Shown here one piece after another: positions 1 to 10,200 of a DNA stretch of 64,000 bases. Every line of letters starts with the position of its first letter. Positions within the stretch are counted from its first letter, which is position 1. The position numbers and the translations under genes are program-made. This DNA comes from a virus: positions 1-64,000 of the IMG/VR virus record IMGVR_UViG_3300031227_009907; one strand, written 5' to 3'. The notes below the pieces were generated by a model that was given only the letters and a program-made list of their open reading frames with translations, did no database searches and was not told the DNA's origin.

Positions 1-1
1 A

Positions 2-1378
2 TGGGGAATTACCGGTTTACAAGGAAAAACAGGGCTATATAAACCTGGGGATACCGGTATTCAGGGAATTACAGGATTAAGCTATCAAGGGGTTACCGGC
101 CTTTGGGGGCGAACAGGAATTGATGGATTAAAGGGAGATACGGGTATCCAAGGTTTTACGGGAATCCAAGGGATTCAAGGGCATACAGGGGTACGAGGGG
201 TTACGGGTGTTGGTGCTCAAGGGACAACAGGATTCCAAGGAAAAACAGGAGTTCAAGGTCGAACCGGTATTCAAGGAGTAACAGGGTTACGAGGATATAC
301 AGGGATAACAGGGGAAGGCGTAACGGGACTTCAGGGGGTGACAGGTCTTCAAGGTGAAACGGGCATCCAAGGTCTTACAGGAATAAAGGGTACTACCGGG
401 ATAATGGGGGAAACCGGAATTCAAGGGGTTACTGGTCCTACCGGAGGAGACCAAGGGGTAACTGGTTTACGAGGATATACGGGCGCTTCGGGAGGGCCTC
501 CTGGTGGAACTGGGGTTAAAGGGGTTACAGGGATACAAGGAGTTACTGGTGTTCAAGGAGATACCGGTATCCAGGGGGTTACTGGAATCAAAGGTGCAAC
601 CGGACTTCAAGGGACTCAAGGGGTTACTGGTTTATGGGGCGTTACCGGACTGTGGGGCGTGACCGGAATCTCTGGAGGTGTCCAAGGAAATACCGGAATT
701 CAAGGAGATACCGGAATACAAGGGGTAACAGGAATTCAGGGTATAACAGGGATGGGAATAACTGGGTTAAGAGGAATAACCGGCGTAAGAGGCCCCACGG
801 GGCTAAGTGGAGGGCAGCAAGGAGTAACGGGATTATGGGGAGTAACAGGATTATATGGAGGGCCTGACGGTAAAACAGGAATCCAAGGTGTAACGGGAAT
901 CCGAGGGATTACTGGTCTTCGAGGGATTACTGGTCTTCGAGGGATTGAAGGACGAACAGGGATTAAGGGATGGACGGGAATACAGGGGGTAACCGGCCTT
1001 GATCTTGCTCAAGGGATGCCTGAAACACTTGTTTTTATTATAGATGGTGGGGGAGCGGAAATTACTACCGGGATTAAGGGAGATATTGTAGTTGATTTTA
1101 GGTGTCAACTTCAAGCCGTTATTCTCCTTGCAGATCAGACCGGAGATATTGTAATTGATATCTGGGGACGTTCTTATGATTTTTATCCCGCTATTGATGC
1201 CAATACCATGACTGCATCAAATCCCCCTACTATTTCATCTGATGATAGTAGCCGAGATATAACGCTTTCGGGTTGGACTACTACTATAAATGATGTGCCT
1301 TTTACTTTACGCTTCAATGTTGATTCTTGTTCTACTATTACTCGTTGCACTGTAGCCCTTAGACTTTTGAGGTTATAA
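2..1378 (+). CDS. Collagen-like (Gly-X-Thr/Gly-X-Gln) fibre protein with C-terminal globular domain; 5'-truncated by window edge
   Basis: Frame 2 is open from base 2 (WGITGLQGKTG...), upstream of the listed 338 start; long GxT-GxQ repeats; C-terminal IDGGG..ITTGIKGD..LLADQTGDIVIDIW..LRFNVDS domain typical of phage fibre tips. Confidence 0.85.
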   Translation, partial: WGITGLQGKTGLYKPGDTGIQGITGLSYQGVTGLWGRTGIDGLKGDTGIQGFTGIQGIQGHTGVRGVTGVGAQGTTGFQGKTGVQGRTGIQGVTGLRGYTGITGEGVTGLQGVTGLQGETGIQGLTGIKGTTGIMGETGIQGVTGPTGGDQGVTGLRGYTGASGGPPGGTGVKGVTGIQGVTGVQGDTGIQGVTGIKGATGLQGTQGVTGLWGVTGLWGVTGISGGVQGNTGIQGDTGIQGVTGIQGITGMGITGLRGITGVRGPTGLSGGQQGVTGLWGVTGLYGGPDGKTGIQGVTGIRGITGLRGITGLRGIEGRTGIKGWTGIQGVTGLDLAQGMPETLVFIIDGGGAEITTGIKGDIVVDFRCQLQAVILLADQTGDIVIDIWGRSYDFYPAIDANTMTASNPPTISSDDSSRDITLSGWTTTINDVPFTLRFNVDSCSTITRCTVALRLLRL

Positions 1379-1382
1379 ATAA

Positions 1383-1877
1383 ATGTCTACACTTTATATG
1401 GACCCAAACGGAGATAATTCTATTGAGTGGGATAATTCTACAGAACTTACCCACTGGGAAGCAATTAGTCAATTGGTGCGACAACCTGTCGAGCCTAATT
1501 TATTTAATTACATAGATGATACTCCCCCTCCTACCTCTCATAGTGATATATTTGATTTAACCAATGTTGCATTTTCTGGGACAACTTCCTCGCTAGCTAT
1601 TTGGGTTTTTGGTGAATGTCCAGTTCAGGATATTTCTGTTGACCTTTATATTGATGGATCATGGCAAGGGGTCGGTATAATTATAGCAGGAGCTGCGGGT
1701 AGGCCTCGATGGAATAGTGTAAACTATCCTGGCCTTTGGAGTCCAGAACAGTGTAATGCTTCTTTAATGAAAATTATAAGTGTGGGGGGTGGGGCTGTAG
1801 GGTTAGCTACGGGTTGGGCAGGATATGTAGAAATTACTTTTGATCCTGCGCCTCGATCTTTTTCATGGATTACATAA
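1383..1877 (+). CDS. Hypothetical virion/fibre-associated beta-rich protein
   Basis: Directly follows fibre gene; Trp/Gly/Asp-rich, low Lys. Confidence 0.55.
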   Translation: MSTLYMDPNGDNSIEWDNSTELTHWEAISQLVRQPVEPNLFNYIDDTPPPTSHSDIFDLTNVAFSGTTSSLAIWVFGECPVQDISVDLYIDGSWQGVGIIIAGAAGRPRWNSVNYPGLWSPEQCNASLMKIISVGGGAVGLATGWAGYVEITFDPAPRSFSWIT

Positions 1878-1956
1878 GTCAAAATATAAAATAATGAGCG
1901 AATAGGGAGCGAAGTGGCTTTAGTTCTGTGACAAAAGGTTGAATGGGAGAGATAGA

Positions 1957-2760
1957 ATGCGGGAGAGAGCATCTGTTTCACTGTGCATGATTGTAAAAGA
2001 CGAAGAACATTGCATTTGTAGGGTATTAACTTCAGTCCTTGATAACCTTAAATCTCTACGTGAGATAATTTTAGTTGATACGGGCAGTTCAGATAAAACA
2101 ATAGAAAAGGCGCAAGAATGCCTTTCGTTGGCTAACCGGGATGATGTCACTCTGAAGTCCCACCTAAAACCCTTCAGAAACGACTTCGCCCTCTCTCGAA
2201 ACGAGTCATTCCGGTTAGCTACTTCTGACTGGGTAATATGGCTAGACGCAGACGATGAAGCCTCCATAGAGTTTTGTCAACAAATAGACGACTCTATTAA
2301 TAACGCTCTCCCTTATGTGCGGGAAAATGCTGCATTCACTTGTGGTATTTTCCCGTACTATTATCTATTAGACAGTAATGATAATCCAGTAGTCGTTGTT
2401 CCTAGGGAAAGACTCCTTAAGAGAGAAAGTCTACAATTTCCTGTGTGGAGGGGGAAGGTCCACGAATGTATAGATATAAACATATATAAAACCAAAGAAT
2501 TTACTGGCCCTATTCTCCATAGAAGAACATTTAAAGACATGGAAAAAGATGCTAATAGAAATCTTAAAATAATGGGGGATATGATTCAGGGGGGTAGTAT
2601 TGAAATAGAGGGGTATCGTTTTTGGATGTATTATGGATTTGAACTATTTCATAGTGGACAAAAGAAATTGGCAATATCCGCACTAAAAGAAAGCCTGAGA
2701 AGAAATCCATCTAATCAAGAAATTGCTATTATCTGTGAAATGATATGTCAATGCCTCTAA
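1957..2760 (+). CDS. GT2 glycosyltransferase with start of TPR region
   Basis: SLCMIVKDEE, VDTGSSDKT, DFALSRN, WLDADD (DxD), WRGKVHE; GGAGA RBS before ATG 1957. Confidence 0.9.
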   Translation: MRERASVSLCMIVKDEEHCICRVLTSVLDNLKSLREIILVDTGSSDKTIEKAQECLSLANRDDVTLKSHLKPFRNDFALSRNESFRLATSDWVIWLDADDEASIEFCQQIDDSINNALPYVRENAAFTCGIFPYYYLLDSNDNPVVVVPRERLLKRESLQFPVWRGKVHECIDINIYKTKEFTGPILHRRTFKDMEKDANRNLKIMGDMIQGGSIEIEGYRFWMYYGFELFHSGQKKLAISALKESLRRNPSNQEIAIICEMICQCL

Positions 2761-2950
2761 AAGCAAACATAAATAGATATAAGGGAAACTCCAAATGTAC
2801 AGTACTGGTACACTAAGAGTACTAAGAGTCTTAAGAGTACTAGAGTTAATAAGTACTAGAGATATAAGTATATATAGATATAAAGATATAGTAGTTATAA
2901 GTAATTATTAGACAGTGCCTTAAGATAGTGCTTTAAGTAGGACATAAATA
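2761..2950. repeat. AT-rich non-coding spacer with short imperfect repeats (CTAAGAGTA-like, AGTACT x4); origin/packaging-site-like
   Basis: agtactggtacactaagagtactaagagtcttaagagtactagagttaataagtactagagatataagtatatatagatataaagatatag; no ORF. Confidence 0.6.
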
Positions 2951-4255
2951 ATGGGTATTGATTTTTCTTATCTTAGCTATGTTTTTAAAGGAATAGAGGC
3001 AGACCCTAACTATGCTCCTTTGTATTGCTTAGGAGGAGATTATTATAAAAGTAGAAATATTTCTCTTAGTGTTTGGTTTTATGAAAGGGCTATACAATGT
3101 GATATTAATAAAAGCATTTCTGTATTTAAACAACCTGTCTATTGGAATGAATTACCTAAGAATAAATTAATGCTTTTGTACGAAGAAACCGGGGACATTG
3201 AGAAATCAAGGGACTATGCAAGAGAGTTGGGTGATAATTTTGCGGATATGATTTTAACGGCAAGAATACGGTCAGAGAATTTTAATAAATATCCACAACC
3301 TATACGGCTTAATCTTGGTAGTGATGGCCAAAAGAAAGTAGGATTTATTGCTTGTGATATTTGCCATAGAGATGCGGATATGCACTTTGACATGAAAGAA
3401 ATACCTTTCCCTGATAGGTCCGTAGATACAATATATACAGAACATGCTATTGAACATTTAGATTTTAGAGGAGTAATGCAGTTTTTAGAAGAAGTAGGTA
3501 GAGTCCTAAAAATAGGGGGGATGTTGACCATTAAAGCTCCTTGCCTATTGGATTGTTGTAGAAAGTATGTGGAGGCTGTTGAACGGAATGATCTTTCCGA
3601 TCAAATATGGTATAAGAAAACTATTTATGGAAATCAAGATGAGGGGGAAAGAGAACATAAGGGGTTCCAATATCATTTATCTGGATGGGGACAGGTTGGA
3701 CTAAAAAACTTTCTTTCATATTTGAATATCACTAAAAGTGTGGAGTATGACGGATTTAGGACTCCTTCGTTGGCCATAGAAGGCTATAGGGCGCTCATGT
3801 GCTTTGTACAGTGCCCTGTGGATCGTTTTGATGATGCCTCCACGAGGATTAGACGCTTGGGGCTACGAGAAGCCGTCAGAAGGAAGAATCTTCAAGAAAA
3901 AATAAAGGTTGAGTTCTTTTTAGATGTAGAGGAATTAAGAAGTTCTTACCTTAGTGTTGCCGGGGGATGGAGCCCTATTCCTGACATAATTGTTTTTACT
4001 GGGTTTTCAGAAGAAGAAAGGAATTGTGCAAGAGACTATAATGCAAGAGGTGTAATTACTATTTTCGACCATTGTGAAGATTGGCCTATGGAAGGGTTAT
4101 TTGAGATGATGAAAATAGTGAAATTAATTTCATGTTGTTCTTTAGCGTTAAGAGATAAGGTGGGGATAGTAGGGGGATTGAAGGATAAGGTCGTATATGT
4201 TCCTGATTTACCAGATGTTTTATTAATGGGGAATAACCGTGGAAATGAAGCTTGA
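2951..4255 (+). CDS. TPR + class I SAM methyltransferase + N-terminal half of a GT-B glycosyltransferase
   Basis: TPR-like N-term (KGIEADPNYAPLYCLGGDYY); LNLGS..IPFPDRSVD.IY.EHAIEHL..RVLKIGG; C-term DASTRIR..IIVF..IFDHCED..ISCCS..VVYVPD. Confidence 0.8.
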   Translation: MGIDFSYLSYVFKGIEADPNYAPLYCLGGDYYKSRNISLSVWFYERAIQCDINKSISVFKQPVYWNELPKNKLMLLYEETGDIEKSRDYARELGDNFADMILTARIRSENFNKYPQPIRLNLGSDGQKKVGFIACDICHRDADMHFDMKEIPFPDRSVDTIYTEHAIEHLDFRGVMQFLEEVGRVLKIGGMLTIKAPCLLDCCRKYVEAVERNDLSDQIWYKKTIYGNQDEGEREHKGFQYHLSGWGQVGLKNFLSYLNITKSVEYDGFRTPSLAIEGYRALMCFVQCPVDRFDDASTRIRRLGLREAVRRKNLQEKIKVEFFLDVEELRSSYLSVAGGWSPIPDIIVFTGFSEEERNCARDYNARGVITIFDHCEDWPMEGLFEMMKIVKLISCCSLALRDKVGIVGGLKDKVVYVPDLPDVLLMGNNRGNEA

Positions 4256-4775
4256 TTTAGGGTGTGGTCCAGCTAAAGAGGAAGGATATATCGGGATAGA
4301 TATTATCCCCTTTAACCGCGTAGATTGTGTGTGGGATTTAAATAATGGTATCCCATTTAATAATAATGTGTTTGATAGCGTAAAGGCTTATGATGCAATT
4401 GAGCATGTTAGAGATGGAATAAATTTAATGCGGGAAATTTGGAGAGTATTAAAAGGAGGGGGGGTATTTGATTGCCATGTTCCTTCGACTGATGGAAGGG
4501 GGGCCTTTCAAGATTTAACTCACGTTTCATATTGGAATGAGAATTCTTTTTGGTATTATTGGGCAAATGCTCAAGAGTGGCCAGATTATGGCCGTAGAGA
4601 GTGTTTGTTTGAAGCAATTGAATTGTATACAACTCCTATGAGTCAAGACGGCGTATGTCATGTTATTTTTAAAGGGAAGGCTGTTAAGACAGGGGAATGG
4701 TTGGATACTTATAATGAGCGCACAAAAAATCAACCTTGGAAATTAGCTAAAATAGATTGTTTAAAGAAGAATTAA
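4245..4775 (+). CDS. SAM-dependent methyltransferase (Methyltransf_11-like)
   Basis: LDLGCG, DLNNGIPF, DAIEH, EIWRVLKGGG, AFQDLTHVSYW. Confidence 0.9.
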   Translation: MKLDLGCGPAKEEGYIGIDIIPFNRVDCVWDLNNGIPFNNNVFDSVKAYDAIEHVRDGINLMREIWRVLKGGGVFDCHVPSTDGRGAFQDLTHVSYWNENSFWYYWANAQEWPDYGRRECLFEAIELYTTPMSQDGVCHVIFKGKAVKTGEWLDTYNERTKNQPWKLAKIDCLKKN

Positions 4776-4796
4776 AGCAGTAATTTGTTGTTCTGA

Positions 4797-5351
4797 TTGG
4801 GAAGTAAAGTGCATCAATCTAGTTATACTTTAATGCAACAACTAGTTTTTAAATATTTGGACAGTAGGAGTAAATTATATATTCTTGATGTGGGGAGCGG
4901 AGATGTTAATGGAACATATAAAGATATTTTTTCTTGCGTCACTGTGTGGAATTATGTGGGATTAGATTTAGAACCATTAGATAATGTTGATGTTGTCGCT
5001 ACAGATTTTTTTAAATGGCCCTTTGAGGATAATACGTTTAATATAGTGGTTTCCGGGCAATGTTTAGAACATGTTCCGATGCCTTGGTTGTGGATTAAAG
5101 AAATTGTGCGTATCTTAAAACGTAATGGTATTTGCATTATTATTGCTCCTTGGTCTGTTGGTTTACATAGATTTCCTATGGATTGTTGGAGGATTATGCC
5201 GGATGGTATGTCTGTATTATTAGGGGAATGGGCTGGAATGGATGTAATTGAAGTTGGCATGAATCCGATTGGAAAAGAATTACCAATTGGGGATTGTTGG
5301 GGTGTCGCCATAAAGAAACTAATAGGTAGAAAAGATGAGAAAAGACAATAA
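4797..5351 (+). CDS. SAM-dependent methyltransferase (Methyltransf_11-like)
   Basis: ILDVGSGDVNG, YVGLD, SGQCLEHV..PW, HRFPMDCWR. Confidence 0.9.
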   Translation: MGSKVHQSSYTLMQQLVFKYLDSRSKLYILDVGSGDVNGTYKDIFSCVTVWNYVGLDLEPLDNVDVVATDFFKWPFEDNTFNIVVSGQCLEHVPMPWLWIKEIVRILKRNGICIIIAPWSVGLHRFPMDCWRIMPDGMSVLLGEWAGMDVIEVGMNPIGKELPIGDCWGVAIKKLIGRKDEKRQ

Positions 5352-5607
5352 AATTACTTGTAATCGTTGCGGAGAATGGATCAATCCTTTGCGTATGCAC
5401 TATGACATTAAGCCTCCTTATGGGACTATGCCAGGGAAAGATGGGGTTGAGCTTGTGGTAGGGACACATCGTTTTACTGACTGCATTGGGGCAGGAATTG
5501 GGGATCCAACCGTGGAATCTCGTAAGGTTCTTATGGACCTTTGTTCTAGGTGTTGGAATGATTTGCAGGAAATGATAGAAGCATTTGTTGATGATAAGGG
5601 GAATTAA
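5335..5607 (+). CDS. Small Zn-finger-like hypothetical protein
   Basis: CNRC ... DLCSRC. Confidence 0.6.
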   Translation: MRKDNKITCNRCGEWINPLRMHYDIKPPYGTMPGKDGVELVVGTHRFTDCIGAGIGDPTVESRKVLMDLCSRCWNDLQEMIEAFVDDKGN

Positions 5608-5608
5608 A

Positions 5609-5797
5609 ATGGAAAAGAATGTCGTTGTTAAATTTATCGCCCTTTTTGTTATATCATTTATGTTTATACTCCCTATATTCGCTTGTCACCTTGTTCAGTC
5701 ATTTAGTGATCCTGTAATAATGTTGATTGTGATTTACATTGTAGCTTACGTTTGTGGCGTTCTAAGCGCATTATTGTCTACCTATAAGTGGGGCTAA
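5609..5797 (+). CDS. Small two-TM membrane protein
   Basis: Two hydrophobic stretches; AAGGGG before ATG 5609. Confidence 0.55.
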   Translation: MEKNVVVKFIALFVISFMFILPIFACHLVQSFSDPVIMLIVIYIVAYVCGVLSALLSTYKWG

Positions 5798-6303
5798 AAG
5801 TGGATAAATGTCTTGATTTATGTTGTGGGCCTCAAAAACCTGAAGGTTATATCGGGATTGATATTATCCCGTTTAATTGTGTTGATACAGTTTGCGACAT
5901 TAATAATGGGATTCCTTTTGATGATGACACATTTAATAGGGTGAGAGCCCATGATGCCATCGAACATATCTGGGATGGAATGAAATTAATAAAGGAGATA
6001 TGGCGAGTTCTTAAAGATGGCGGCATTTTTGATTGCCTAGTCCCTTCGACTGACGGTAGGGGAGCCTTTCAAGATCAAACCCACGTTAGCTTTTGGAATG
6101 AGAATTCATTTGGATATTGGGTAACGGTTCATCCTTGGGCCGACTATTATAGGGGTAAATGCTTATTTAGCCGTTGTGAGCTTGAGACAACTCCTATGAG
6201 TGATGACAGGGTATGCCACGTTAAGTTTGTTGCAAGCGCAGTAAAGAATAGTGGGTGGATAAACACTATAAAAAATAGAATAAAATCTACGAGGAGATGG
6301 TGA
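5788..6303 (+). CDS. SAM-dependent methyltransferase, close paralogue of 4245..4775
   Basis: LDLCCG, EGYIGIDIIPFN, VPSTDGRGAFQD.THVS.WNENSF shared with 4245..4775. Confidence 0.9.
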   Translation: MGLKVDKCLDLCCGPQKPEGYIGIDIIPFNCVDTVCDINNGIPFDDDTFNRVRAHDAIEHIWDGMKLIKEIWRVLKDGGIFDCLVPSTDGRGAFQDQTHVSFWNENSFGYWVTVHPWADYYRGKCLFSRCELETTPMSDDRVCHVKFVASAVKNSGWINTIKNRIKSTRRW

Positions 6304-6306
6304 GGC

Positions 6307-6534
6307 ATGGATAAAGACATAAACGAGGAAGAAGCCATAAGTAGGGCTATTAAGAAATATGGTCTTAAGCCGTGTCCGTGGTGTGGACAAAAGCCAGAGG
6401 TTTATTGTTTTGATTTTGTTTTGGAGTTTCATGTTTCATGTGAAAACAAGAAATGTTCTTATGGCCCTTACTCGTATAAGACCTTTAAAACCGTAGGGGG
6501 CGCGGTTCGTGCTTGGAATAGGAGAAAGAAATGA
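6307..6534 (+). CDS. Lar-like restriction-alleviation Zn-finger protein
   Basis: LKPCPWCG ... C..KKC ... AVRAWNRR. Confidence 0.7.
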   Translation: MDKDINEEEAISRAIKKYGLKPCPWCGQKPEVYCFDFVLEFHVSCENKKCSYGPYSYKTFKTVGGAVRAWNRRKK

Positions 6535-7226
6535 AAGAAGGCGTTGCTGTAGAGAAGTATGAAGATTTTGTGAAATTAAGGAATGAGTATAGTAATGATT
6601 TATTCTTTGTCTGGCTTGGATATGGAGGAAACCGGTGGAAGCCCGAAGAAATGATCCCTACTGTTTTTGAAAAAATTCCATTTCCTAATTGGAAGCTGGT
6701 TTTAATAAGTGAGTGGGACCCAGGCGAACTTCATCCAAACTGTATCTTTGTAAAGTTTAATTTGAAAGATTCTCCAAAAATATATAAGCTGTGTGATATA
6801 GCCTTAGCTGCCCAGAGAGAAGACATGCAGCCATGTAAAAGCGGTATAAAGGTGTTGACAGCATGGCTAGCTGGGTTGCCAGTCATTGCGTCTCCGTTGC
6901 CAGAGTATGTATCAATCATTTCACATAAGTTAAATGGGTGGATAGCAAAGACTCCCGAAGAGTGGATTGAGGCAATTTCTTATCTACGTGCTTCAGAACA
7001 TAGAGATGAGATGCGAGATAGAGCTTATCAGCAATTAGCTATATATAATGATGATTATTCATTGGCGCTTTTTAAGTCAGCCATTAATAGTAGCGATAAA
7101 CGCATATTCACAGAAGAATGGCTTAAAAGTTTTTATGAGGTTGAATCTTGTAATACATGTGATGGTAGTAGACTTGATTTGTGCGGGAGAGACAAATGTA
7201 AGGATAATGGAGAAGAAAATGGTTGA
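6531..7226 (+). CDS. C-terminal (nucleotide-sugar-binding) half of a GT-B/GT4-like glycosyltransferase
   Basis: FVWLGYGGN, CDIALA, KSGIKVLTAWLAGLPVIASPLPEY, NGWIAKTPEEW; lacks N-terminal Rossmann domain. Confidence 0.8.
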   Translation: MKEGVAVEKYEDFVKLRNEYSNDLFFVWLGYGGNRWKPEEMIPTVFEKIPFPNWKLVLISEWDPGELHPNCIFVKFNLKDSPKIYKLCDIALAAQREDMQPCKSGIKVLTAWLAGLPVIASPLPEYVSIISHKLNGWIAKTPEEWIEAISYLRASEHRDEMRDRAYQQLAIYNDDYSLALFKSAINSSDKRIFTEEWLKSFYEVESCNTCDGSRLDLCGRDKCKDNGEENG

Positions 7227-10200
7227 TTATTTAGTAACCACGAGAGAAGTTATTAGTGGGTTAAAAGAGGTAAGGGAAAGGACTTGGGGCAGTAAGAAGG
7301 TCCTTGTTATATATGGGATGCTTGGAGGGAACACAAATCAATATATGAGTTATGGCGATCATTGGATGAATGCCTTTAGGGCCTTATGTGAAGATGATAA
7401 CGTAGGATACTATAATGCTAATGTTGATATTTATAAACTTCCTAAGGGTTATGACCTTTATTTCTTTGTAGAGTTTAATCCTGAGTTTCTAAAGGTTAAA
7501 GACCTTGATCTAGGCGGAAGGACGGCCATTTATTGCTGGGATACGCATCTTCATCCATTTGTGTATCTTGGATGTTTGCCAAAGGTTTTTGATTATGTTT
7601 TTGTCTCTAACCCTGTAGATGCTTTAAGGCTTGAGGAATATTCTGGGAAGGGGAACGTGCATTGTATCCCTGAGGCTTTTAATCCATCTATTCACCATCC
7701 ATATTTACCTGAATTGGAAGCGGCCAGAATGAATATGGTGATTTTTATAGGGCAAAGAGATGATGTTTATTTGGGGCCTGATCTTAAAACAAAAGATGCC
7801 TGTACACAGTTTGTTGCAAATAAACTTGGAGATAAGTTTGTTAGGCTTCAGGGGGTTTGGGGGAAGCAATATGGAGCCCATTTGAGAGCCTCTAAGGTTG
7901 GATTTGATTTTTCTGTTGGAGAACATCTTGGGACAAGAACATTTGAGGCATTAGCTTCTGGATGTATTTTGTTGACCAATGAGAGAAAGGCAATAAGGGA
8001 TTTTAAAGCAGATAATCTTGGAGATGCTTCTTTTGCTGATAATATTGTTATGTATCGGAATATGGATGATTTGAAAGGGTCTATTGAAAATCTTCTTAAG
8101 CCTAAATTTAAAGCCCATATGGATGAAGAGACATGGAAAAATTTTGTAAGAAATCATAGTTATCAAGCAAGAACATTGGATATGTTGAGGATAGTAGGGG
8201 GCGTAGAGGAGAGTGCGCGTGGTACCGACGATTCAACCTATAGAAAAGAAATAGACCATAGGATTGATGCCGCAGAGATACTTAATGGTCGCCACATTGG
8301 AGATGACCCTGAAAGACAAACCGCTTTAGAAGAGGAGAGGAAAGTTTTGGATAGAAATAAGATTGAGATTTTTATTATTATACCGACTTTACAGGGTAAT
8401 GAAGAATATCTTAGACTATGCCTTGAGAGCCTAAGCAAGTCTACTGAATATGATGGGTTTAAATATAAGCTGTTGATAGTAGGGAATATTGAAAACATTG
8501 CCTATGATGTCCTTTCGCCATCTATTAGTGTTATAAACTTTTATTTAGGTGAAAATTCATATTTTACTATGAAAGTAAATAGGGCCGTTAAATGGCTTTT
8601 GGATAGCGGAAGCCTTGAGAAAGAGGAGGGAATTAATAAATATGTTATTTTTGCGAATGATGATGTTATTGCAAGAAAAGATGCCATTAAAAATATGGTA
8701 GATATGATGCAGAAAGATGAGAATGTGGCCGGTATTTGCCCTGTAAGCAATTGTGATCTTGGGTGGAGGTGCGAAGATTTAGATTTTGCTCTATGGGGTA
8801 GTAATGCAAATAATAAACTTATTCTTCATCCCGATATGACCATAGAAGAAATTAGGGCTATAGTTCCGGTATCTGGGGACATGTTCAATAATAATATTTA
8901 TTGGAGAATAACCAATGCGAATATAGACTTTGATGGGTCGTGGCATATGTTGTGCGATAGTGAAGACCTTGATAATTCTTTATTTTTTGATGGATATGAT
9001 TTATACGAAAGGGTTGTTGAATGGATACCATTTTATTTTGTAATGTTTCCAGGAGAACTTGTTAAAGATACTGGTTTGTTGGATGGCCAATATAGAATTA
9101 CGCACTCTGATTTAGATTATTGTGAGAGAGCAAAGCAGAAATGGGTTTCTACGCAGGGGCCTATTGAGTTTGGAATATGTCATAGCGCCTTCGTATTTCA
9201 CTTTGGAGCTAAAGCAAGGCATCTTTTAGAAGACAAGGATTACGATGAATATCATAGAATTTGCGAGGAAGATATTAAAAAATATCATGTAGCGCATATG
9301 GGGGATATTCCTGTGATGGATGATGGGGGCGTTCAACCACCTATGGTTTCAGTAGGCGATAAAAAACATAGAGAGGCTATAGATAAAATAGATGTTGGGA
9401 CGCAAGACAATGAACCCTTTATTCCTATAGGTGAAATGCCAGGGGGAGATGAAGAGGTTAGGGATAAACCTTTTACCTGTTCTCATGTCGCGTATCCCCC
9501 TAAGTTGGATTTAACTTTATTAACACAGGGGATGGATGATGTTACTAGCCCAAAGATTAGCTTTGATTCTAATTATTGGATTGGAAGGGCCGAAAAGCAT
9601 CCTCGTGGCCGTGTCGTTGTATATTCGGGGTTGGCATGTGAGGACTGGTCAAGGAAGTCTATGACGGAGAAGGGGCTTGGGGGGAGTGAGACCTGTCAGA
9701 TTTACTTGTGTGAGCATTTGGCTAAACTGGGATATGAGGTTTATAATGTGGGTCAGTGCCCTATGGATTGGCATGGGAGGATTGTTAGCGGGGTTGTATG
9801 GGTGCGATATGACCAATGGGAAGACTTTAGGAACCTTATGAATAATGTCTATATTGACTTTTTTATTAGCTCAAGAGACCTTGATGTCCTAAAGGCGGTT
9901 GCCCCTGTCGGATATATGAAGAAAATTCTTTGGGTGCATGATACGTGGTATGGAGAAATGGAGGTTCCATTTGACCTTATTGATAAGATTGTTCTATTGT
10001 CTCCGTGGCATAAGTCGTGGTGGGATCAGTGCTATGGAGATGATATAAAACTAATGCAGAAATATGGGGCTGGATGGCTTAATTATAATATGGTAAGTAT
10101 TATTTCTGATGGAGTAGATACAAGAGATTTTCCTGAAGTGGATTTAGAGAGAAAAGTAAGTAAATGCGGTGAAGATAAGCCCATTGAACTTGCCTACATT

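Noticed and set aside
6295-6310. TGA readthrough fusing the methyltransferase to the in-frame Lar-like gene
   Set aside because: The Lar-like gene has its own RBS and the MTase paralogue ends at a similar length
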